This document shows positions 39,676 through 47,046 of a stretch of 64,000 bases of DNA, in pieces; within the stretch, counting starts at the first letter, position 1, and every line of letters begins with the position of its first letter. The stretch spans positions 33,961 through 97,960 of the forward strand of contig CAYUCL010000003.1 in the NCBI GenBank assembly GCA_964443325.1. The letters are read 5' to 3'. The position numbers and the translations under genes were made by a program. The stretch comes from an uncultured Dehalococcoidales bacterium. GTDB lineage: Bacteria; Chloroflexota; Dehalococcoidia; E44-bin15. The notes beneath the pieces were generated by a model that was not told where the DNA came from, ran no database searches, and saw only the letters and a program-made list of their open reading frames with translations.

Positions 39676-39812
39676 TTCGCTTCTCTCTCCTGCTATTGAA
39701 GTTAAAAATTATTCAACACCCTTTTAACATTATAAGGCTAACTAACGCAATTGCCAAGGGGCTTGAGGCACGCAATCAGCTCGCGAGCTTAAGATAGCAA
39801 ACAAAAAGGCTC

Positions 39813-39841
39813 TTGACTTGCACTCCCATTAGATGTATAAT
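39813..39841 (+). promoter_or_regulatory. consensus sigma70-type promoter (TTGACT, 17-bp spacer, TGTATAAT extended -10)
   Basis: TTGACT at 39813-39818 and TATAAT at 39836-39841, preceded by TG. Confidence 0.5.
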
Positions 39842-39842
39842 T

Positions 39843-39856
39843 AGAACAAATGTTCT
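39843..39856 (+). promoter_or_regulatory. LexA (Cheo-type) box AGAAC-AAAT-GTTCT overlapping the transcription start of the small-ORF / dnaE operon
   Basis: GAAC-N4-GTTC with perfect inverted 5-bp arms, located immediately 3' of the -10 hexamer. Confidence 0.55.
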
Positions 39857-39877
39857 TACTGCCTCGATCTTCTTTCC

Positions 39878-40126
39878 ATGAGCAGAATCATTTTAGAGAA
39901 GGTATTACTCTATCGAAAGGACGGAATGGTTCCCCAGGCCTTCATCTGGCGGGGCCGAGTCTACCGCATCACCAGCGTCATAAACTGGTGGCGAGAGCCC
40001 GGAGCCTGGTGGGAGGGGGAACCAGTACGCTCTTTTCTCCGGGTCACTGCTAAGAGGGAGACCGAAGGCGTATGCGACCTGTGCAGGGTGGGACAAGATT
40101 GGCTGCTGTACCGAATTTACGACTGA
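39878..40126 (+). CDS. small conserved-looking hypothetical protein (82 aa, Trp/Arg-rich) translationally overlapping the dnaE start
   Basis: MSRIILEKVLLYRKDGMVPQAFIWRGRVYRITSVINWWREPGAWWEGEP... Its stop at 40124-40126 lies inside the first codons of the DnaE ORF. Confidence 0.4.
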   Translation: MSRIILEKVLLYRKDGMVPQAFIWRGRVYRITSVINWWREPGAWWEGEPVRSFLRVTAKRETEGVCDLCRVGQDWLLYRIYD

Positions 40127-43100
40127 AGGAGTTCATTCACCTCCATGTCCATTCCCCATACAGCTTTCTCGACGGCGTATCCCCTATCGAGCGCCTTCTA
40201 CAGAAAGCAAAGCATTTCGGCATGCCTGCTATGGCCCTAACCGACCATAATAGCCTGACCGGAGCCATTCGCTTCTACGATAGGGCAAGGGAAATGGGCA
40301 TCAAGCCTATTATCGGCGCTGAGGTCGATGTCGAAGGTGGTTATCACCTGACCATTCTAGCCCAGGGTATCGAGGGGTATGCCAACCTGTGCCATCTTCT
40401 TTCCGAAGCCCACCTGGCCAAGCTCGATCCCCACCCGGCGGCTACCAAGGAGATGCTGGCCAGGCATTCCAGTGGTCTCACAGTCCTCTCCGGTTGCAAC
40501 AAAGGCGAGATTCCTAGCCTGGTCGCCAGGGGCCTCCCGGAAAAAGCGAAGGAAGCTGCAGCATTTTACCAGAGCATCTACCCGGACCGCTTCTACATCG
40601 AGCTTGTCTACCACCCCAACAGGGATGGCAGGCGCTCCATATATCGACTGCTGGAGTTCGCCAGGGAGCTATGTCTTCCCGTCGTCGCCACCAACGACGT
40701 TCACTATGCTGAGATGGAGGAATACGCCGTCCACGAACTCCTGGAATCTATCCGGCAGATTATTCCCATAGAGCAACTTCCGGGCCCCAGGACGGTGGAG
40801 CAGTACCTCAAATCCCCTACCGAGATGGCCGCCCTTTTCAGGGATATCCCTGAAGCCCTAAGCAACACGGTAGCGGTGGCCGAGCAATGCAATCTTGATC
40901 TCCCCCTGGGCGAGCCCAAGTTTCCCGTTTTCTCTCCTCCTGCCGGATACAGCGCGCAGAGTTACCTGAGGGAACTGACATATCAAGGAGCCTCGCGTAG
41001 GTATGGAAATCCCAGCACGGTGATCCTGGATCGCCTGAAGCACGAGTTTGAGGTTATTAGCCTACTGGACTTTGAGACCTATTTCTTAGTGGTGTGGGAT
41101 ATTGCCCGCTTCGCCAGGGAAAGAGGCATCCGCTACCAGTGCCGGGGCAGCGCCGTCAATAGCCTTGTAGTCCACTGCCTGGACATCAGCAATGTGGACC
41201 CGTTGGAGTACGATCTGCTCTTTGAGCGCTTCATGCACAAGGAGCGCCGCGAGATGCCAGATATCGATCTCGACTTTCAGCGCACCAGGCGGGATGAGGT
41301 GAAGGAATACATTACCAGCAAGTACGGCAGGAACAGCGTGGCGGCAGTGGCTACCATCAACACCTTCCAGGCCAGGAGCGCCATCCGGGAGGCAGCCAAA
41401 GCTCTCAACCTGCCTAAAAGTGCTTTAATAGGGCTTCAGGCAGGCGTCCGATGGCAGTCGGTAAAGGAGCTTGCAGCGTGCACCAATACTCTCCCCGAAT
41501 TGAAGACTAACCGAGCCCTCAGAAACCCGGTGTTCAGGGATTTTCTAAAGCTGTGCTCAGCCCTGGACGGTCTGCCCCGGCACCTGTCGGTGCACCTGGG
41601 TGGTCTGGTTATCAGTCCAGGCAGTCTTGCCGACTGGGTGCCACTGCAATGGTCCAGCGGCGGCGATGTCATCACTCAGTTCGAAAAGGACGACATCGAG
41701 CGTCTGGGCCTCATCAAGATGGATATCCTGGCCGTTCCCACACTGGACGTCATCGAGGACACGGTGGCTGAGGTGAAAAGAATCCGGGGCGTCGAGGTAA
41801 ACGTAGACTCCATCCCCCGAGACGATCCCGCAGTCTTTGCCATGCACCGGGAGGGGGACACCATCGGCTGCTTTCAGGTGGAGAGCCCGGCGCAACGGGA
41901 GATGGCAGGTAGGCTGCTTCCCGAATGCTTCGATGACCTGATACTGCTACTGGCTCTCATCCGGCCAGGACCCATGAAATCGAGGATGCACGAGAAATAC
42001 CTTAAAGTGAGACAGGGGCAACAGCCGCTGACCTATCTGGACAAAAGGCTGGAACCAGTGCTCAAGGAGACCCTGGGCCAGTTGGTCTACCAGGAGCAGG
42101 TGCTCCCACGAACTGGCGGGGATGAGCTACGCCGATGCCGACGGGCTGAGGCGGGCCATGACCCATGGACGCTCTCCCGAAGAGATGGAAAAGATACGCG
42201 AGGCTTTTATCTCCTCATGTCTGAGCAACAGCGTATCTAAGACAATTGCCCAGACAGCTTGGCAAGAGGTCTCAGCCTTTGCTGCATATGGCTTCCCCAA
42301 GGGTCATGCCGCCTCCTATGCCATTCCTGCCTATCAAACCTTGTGGCTTAAGTGCCATTATCTGCCGGAGTTCCTGGTCAGCGTCCTCAATAACCAACCC
42401 ATGGGCTATTATCCACCCTGGGTGTTGGTGCAGTATGCCGGGTGGAAAGGAATCGAGGTGCTGCCACCCGACATCAACATGTCCATGGATCGCTATTCCT
42501 TAGAGGATCGAGCTATCAGGATGGGGCTGTCTCAACTCAAGGGGGTCTCTAACCCAGCCTTGGCTTCTATACTCAGCGCCAAAAATAAGGATGGGCAATT
42601 CCGCAGTGTGGGGGACTTTCTGCTGCGAACAAACGTGCCCAAGTCAACCACTGAGGATCTCATCAAGGTGGGGGCCTTCGACTCCATTTGTGGTAACCGG
42701 TGCCAGCTTATATCCCAGCTAGATTCCCTGCTTACGAACAAGCAGAGGCGCAGGCATGGTACGCAGAATGAAATGATTCCCTTTGGCGAAGTTGGCAAGG
42801 AAAATCTCACCGATGCCTCAACTCCACCCATCGATGCTGCTCTGTGGCAGCACTACGAGCTTGACCTGCTGGGTCTTCCCATTAGCGGACACCCTCTGGA
42901 TTCGCTGGATGGCCGGATTAAGGGCATCACCAAAATCAAAGACCTGAAGGGGTTGCTAGCCAACCACCGGGTAAAACTTGCAGTGGGGGTTATCAGATAC
43001 CAGACCCCGCCTATCTGGGATGGAACCAGAGTTGTCTATATCTGCGCCGCGGACGAAACGGGCATTGTGGATATAACTCTCTTCTCGGACGCCCAGGAAC

Positions 43101-43246
43101 GCTCAGGTGAAGCTCTCTTCAAGGCAGGATGGCTCTTGGTTGAGGGAATTGTGCAGCGTCGAGGACTCCACGCACTGTCAGTGATAGCTTATCGTGTTGC
43201 CACCTTACAGCCCCCCGCTTCAAGTCAACGTAAAAAATGTTTTTAA
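40072..43246 (+). pseudogene. dnaE: DNA polymerase III alpha subunit (DnaE family, short form ending after the OB fold) interrupted by a +1 frameshift near 42100-42112
   Basis: ORF 40072..42240 carries the PHP domain (HLHVHSPYSFLDG) and polymerase core up to ...VYQEQVL. DnaE homology then continues in the +1 frame (HELAGMSYADADGLRRAMTHGRSPEEMEKIR..FAAYGFPKGHAASYAIPAYQTLWLKCHYLPEF..) as ORF 42122..43246. The combined length is about 1055 aa. Confidence 0.75.
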
Positions 43247-43483
43247 TTTGGCAACTATCCCTTGAAGGTAGGTATAATACAATGATAATGGGTAAAACAA
43301 ATAGGCTGGAGACCTTGCTCATTGCCTCTCAACCTATTTGCTATTGGGTTCTATATTACAGTCGATTGCTTTCCCATCAAGCTACCGCCCCACCAAGATT
43401 ATAGCACTATGATAAAATTTTTGACTAGAGAGCAATAAAATGATATGCTGACTTCCCTGAAAGGCCAAGAAGGGAGGCGCAGT

Positions 43484-44305
43484 ATGTCATTGGGTATAGT
43501 ATTCAAGGGACCCGAAGGCATTGTTTTAGCTGCTGATAGTAGGGTTACGCTTAACGCACATTTGCCAAACCAAAATTTAATCATTTCAGCTACGTTTGAT
43601 AATGCTACTAAGCTACTCAGAGTTAAGGGGCAAGATTATATCGGAGCAGTCACCTATGGGATGGGAGCTCTAGGAGAAGGAACTCCTCGAACCGCTCACA
43701 GTTTTATCCCAGAATTTGAGGCTAAGTTAAGTAATGAATCAGGGGATAGATTGAGTGTCCCAGATTTTGCAGATAAGATTAGTGAGTTTTTCTTGTCTCA
43801 ATGGACAACAAGCATGCCCAACAATTATCAAGGACCAGATATGGTATTTCTGGTAGGTGGGTTTGACGAAGGTTCTCCGTATGGGCGAGCCTTTGAGATT
43901 GGGATACCCTCTCGACCAACACCAAAAGAATGGCACGTAAATACTTTTGGGCCTGTATGGGGTGGGCAGCGAGAGTTCACAGACCGTTTAATACAAGGAT
44001 TTGACCCAAGAGTGCTAGATATAGTTAAGGATACATTTGGCTTATCTAATGACCAGCAGGTTGAATTACAAGATAAACTTAAACCGCTCAGCGTGCAAAT
44101 CCCTTATCCTTTTCTACCATTGCAGGACTGTGTTGACTTGTCTATCTTTTTAGTGAGAACTACTATGACTATTCAAACATGGCAAGTAGGTGTGCGGGGC
44201 GTAGGTGGTGCAATAGATGTCGCTACTATTACTCGAACTGATGGATTCAAGCCTGTGCAACTGAAAAGAGTAAGAGGTGAATCATCCAGTATGGAGGAAG
44301 ATTAA
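43484..44305 (+). CDS. proteasome beta-subunit-type Ntn-hydrolase homologue with Ser at the nucleophile position
   Basis: Start at the internal Met, which has a GGGAGG RBS. MSLGIVFKGPEGIVLAADSRVTL aligns with proteasome beta / HslV / Anbu N-termini (TTIVGV.YKDGVVLAADTRAT). Asp17 and a Lys about 40 are retained, and there is a C-terminal extension. Confidence 0.5.
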   Translation: MSLGIVFKGPEGIVLAADSRVTLNAHLPNQNLIISATFDNATKLLRVKGQDYIGAVTYGMGALGEGTPRTAHSFIPEFEAKLSNESGDRLSVPDFADKISEFFLSQWTTSMPNNYQGPDMVFLVGGFDEGSPYGRAFEIGIPSRPTPKEWHVNTFGPVWGGQREFTDRLIQGFDPRVLDIVKDTFGLSNDQQVELQDKLKPLSVQIPYPFLPLQDCVDLSIFLVRTTMTIQTWQVGVRGVGGAIDVATITRTDGFKPVQLKRVRGESSSMEED

Positions 44306-44306
44306 A

Positions 44307-44504
44307 GTGGAAGTTCTAACAAATGGAGTGGGAACAAAAGAATGGGAGGAAATAAGTAAGGATTGGTATATTTACGCATATGTGCCAGGTTCTCCTATAG
44401 GTGATGTAACCGAAGGGTTATCTTCAGAAGAACAGGATAGTGTTTTCACGAAACAAGACTCTGAAAAAGTACTCAAAGAAGTTAGCCGCAAAATTAAGAA
44501 GTAG
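44307..44504 (+). CDS. small hypothetical protein (about 65 aa) translationally coupled to the proteasome homologue
   Basis: GTG at 44307, 1 nt after the TAA stop of the upstream gene, with GGAGGAAG 7 nt upstream. No family recognised. Confidence 0.3.
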   Translation: MEVLTNGVGTKEWEEISKDWYIYAYVPGSPIGDVTEGLSSEEQDSVFTKQDSEKVLKEVSRKIKK

Positions 44505-44665
44505 TTATTTGGCCTAGAACAGTCTTGAACATAGCTCTTTCATCTTTCCTATGATTGTATCGAAAGGTGTATTCGTCTAGACATGATTGGAGATACTTAG
44601 GTGATATAGCATGATAGACATCAGAAATACCACGCTTAACCAAAGACCAGAAACCCTCAATGCTA

Positions 44666-45181
44666 TTACTGCTGAGAATCCTTCTCCATCTCCTCCAGGA
44701 TGATTCTGGTTGTGAGCCTGGCTGTTTCCCCAACGAGCTTTGAGCAATAATCGAACATACCAAACTTCGTGGCTTCTTGTAGCTCATTAGGGTCATACAG
44801 GTTGAAAGTCCTGCCCATAAGCCTTTCTTGAATGTCGTAACACCGGCAAGTGCCATATTTTTCAACAAACTCGTCATGCAACCTTTTTGACAGTATATAG
44901 GATTTCAGCGGCTTCATCATATCGGCAAAATCCTTCCTTTCCCTGCCAAAAAGATAGCCTATCACTATAGCCCCTGCCGTGAGAGACCCACAAGTCCCAT
45001 CTCCGGTTAGCCCCAGCCCGTCAGCTAAACCACTCGCCGCCTTGAAAACATCTTCATTGTCAATATCAAGAGCATCGAAAATTCCCGCAATCGTAGTCTG
45101 TGCGCATCCAGTACATTCCCTTTCATACTTGCGCCCCCGCTCAAAGGCCTTATTTGAAATCTCTTCGATTGACTTTCCCAT
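44666..45181 (-). CDS. C_GCAxxG_C_C family (putative redox-active) protein
   Basis: CTGCAQTTIAGI motif plus downstream Cys residues. Start moved to the Met with an AAGGGGG RBS. Confidence 0.6.
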   Translation of the reverse strand: MGKSIEEISNKAFERGRKYERECTGCAQTTIAGIFDALDIDNEDVFKAASGLADGLGLTGDGTCGSLTAGAIVIGYLFGRERKDFADMMKPLKSYILSKRLHDEFVEKYGTCRCYDIQERLMGRTFNLYDPNELQEATKFGMFDYCSKLVGETARLTTRIILEEMEKDSQQ

Positions 45182-45344
45182 ATAATTCCCCCTTACTGTT
45201 TTTTCAAACAACATACTTCGATGAGAAATACTTATCTATGCCACACATAATTGTACCATCTCACCAGCATTAATGACCAAGCTAAATGCCCAGGATCTAC
45301 CACCGCTTATTCTAATCCCCTTGCACGGCCAAGCGTCCACATGC

Positions 45345-46784
45345 CTATGGCAACTTATACACTGGCTCTGTAGGTAGATCCTTGAAATCAGGATGGTCCG
45401 TAGGAAGTCCCAGAGAATGCCTGGCCGCAGCCTTATATCGCTCCCAATCGGCCTGCATATAAACCGTCATTCGCTGAGCCGCCAAAGACCCCTCAGCATG
45501 AATGGTAAGCGCTCCCATGAAAGACGAGCCCTCACGGTTTACCGCATTCATAAGTTGTATCCTCTCCTCAGCAGGATACTCCGCAGCGCCCTGAAGATAC
45601 TTCTCCAGATAAGGACGGATTTCGGGATTGTCCCAGTCCTTCAGCGAAGGCATGGTTGCTGGAAGCCCACCAGTTATGTCCTGGAGATACTTGACTGCCT
45701 GATGCCAATTTTCGGCAAACCAGAACTTAGCACAATTGCTATAGACCGGATTGGGCGCCGCCAGACCTATCTCCGGGTCTATTGTAGCGTCTAAAGCTGC
45801 TGCCTTGCCCAGAGCCTCATTTATCTCAGCATACATAGCAAGCCAGGCTAGCATGTCCATAATACGGGTAGCACGAGTGAGTCCATTGTGTTCTGCCATT
45901 AACATGGCAGTCCCTGCAAGCGTCTGGAGCATAACCGTCTTGTAGGTGGCGGCAGTAAGTCGATGGTATCGCGCGAATGACATCGCTACCTCCCTTGAAA
46001 ACTGCCACTCCCCGGCGAGGAAAACCTTGTCCCAGGGAACAAAAACATCGTCAAAGACAATCATCGGGTGTGCCCCAGGCTGCCCCTGATCCGACATAGT
46101 CCCAATAAAAACAACCCCTTTGGCGTTGCATGGTACGGCACAGGCCACAGCATAATCTTTGGCCGGCTCATTGTGGTTGCGTGAGGGCAATACTACTAGC
46201 CAATTGGCATAAATGGCGTCGGTGATGTGAACCTTGGCACCCCTGATGACGATACCATCGCTGCTTCGGTCAACGATCCTGACATAGAAATCTGGATTCG
46301 CTTGCCTTGGGTCTTCGGGGTGCAAGCTCCTGTTGCCTTTCACATCGGTCATTGTAGCAACAATGCCAGGGTCATGTTTCTGACAATAATTGCGGAATTC
46401 TTCAACGTGCTCGGCATAATTGGTGCCTATCGCCAGGTCCATCTTCCTGGCGCTGTAGGCAATTCCGTTCAGTCCATCAATTCCGGTGAACTTCGTACCT
46501 CCGGCAGCCGAGCGAAACAGCGTCTGAATGATCAGTCTCCGTCTCTGAAGATCTTCACCAGTCTTAGGCACGTGATAAACAAAAGGATACTCTTCCCCAT
46601 CCTTCACCACATTGAACAGCTCACGGTTCTCAGGCTGCAAAGCTATATAGTATTCTGAAGCTGCGTGCTCCACTGCTCTCTTGTAAGCTGGAAGGGAAGG
46701 TACATCCGATACCCTCTCCCCATCCTGGTAAACTACCCTTCCATCTCTCAGGTCTTCTACAAACTGCTCAGGCGTCCTAAGCAT
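45345..46784 (-). CDS. HpaB / 4-hydroxybutyryl-CoA dehydratase family flavoenzyme, paralog of 31516..33003
   Basis: 479 aa. Conserved blocks DFYVRIVDRS.DGIVIRGAK.H.T, IVFDDVFVPW.KVF..GEWQFSR and TIHAEGSLAAQRM are shared with the other copy. AAGGAGG RBS. Confidence 0.65.
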   Translation of the reverse strand: MLRTPEQFVEDLRDGRVVYQDGERVSDVPSLPAYKRAVEHAASEYYIALQPENRELFNVVKDGEEYPFVYHVPKTGEDLQRRRLIIQTLFRSAAGGTKFTGIDGLNGIAYSARKMDLAIGTNYAEHVEEFRNYCQKHDPGIVATMTDVKGNRSLHPEDPRQANPDFYVRIVDRSSDGIVIRGAKVHITDAIYANWLVVLPSRNHNEPAKDYAVACAVPCNAKGVVFIGTMSDQGQPGAHPMIVFDDVFVPWDKVFLAGEWQFSREVAMSFARYHRLTAATYKTVMLQTLAGTAMLMAEHNGLTRATRIMDMLAWLAMYAEINEALGKAAALDATIDPEIGLAAPNPVYSNCAKFWFAENWHQAVKYLQDITGGLPATMPSLKDWDNPEIRPYLEKYLQGAAEYPAEERIQLMNAVNREGSSFMGALTIHAEGSLAAQRMTVYMQADWERYKAAARHSLGLPTDHPDFKDLPTEPVYKLP

Positions 46785-47046
46785 GATACCTCCTTAGTCT
46801 GTTCTTAATTATGCACATATTTTTAAAAAACAACCCTAACGTTATTTTCGCGATATGACCCCCTCCCTTCATGTATCTCTATGAGTCAAGGCATCGATAT
46901 TGTGGTATTTCCAAGTTGCCTTGTCAATTATTTGTATTTACCCACACCAACGTTATACTATCATACCACTATCCGAAATCTTTTTAAAAAAAGAATGAGC
47001 CCCCCGACTTCACCGGAGGGCCCCATTCAATATTCCCAGCCTATCT

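Noticed and set aside
42106-42240. C-terminal tail of ORF 40072..42240 (RTGGDELRRCRRAEAGHDPW...) as a real domain
   Set aside because: Sequence composition and the loss of DnaE similarity show it is out-of-frame read-through after the frameshift. The true continuation is in the +1 frame.
43247-43300. TTGGCA-19-TATAAT promoter-like sequence and a 43-codon ORF (MIMGKTNRLET...) after dnaE
   Set aside because: The spacer is suboptimal, the peptide is unconserved-looking, and there is no RBS. Not enough support.
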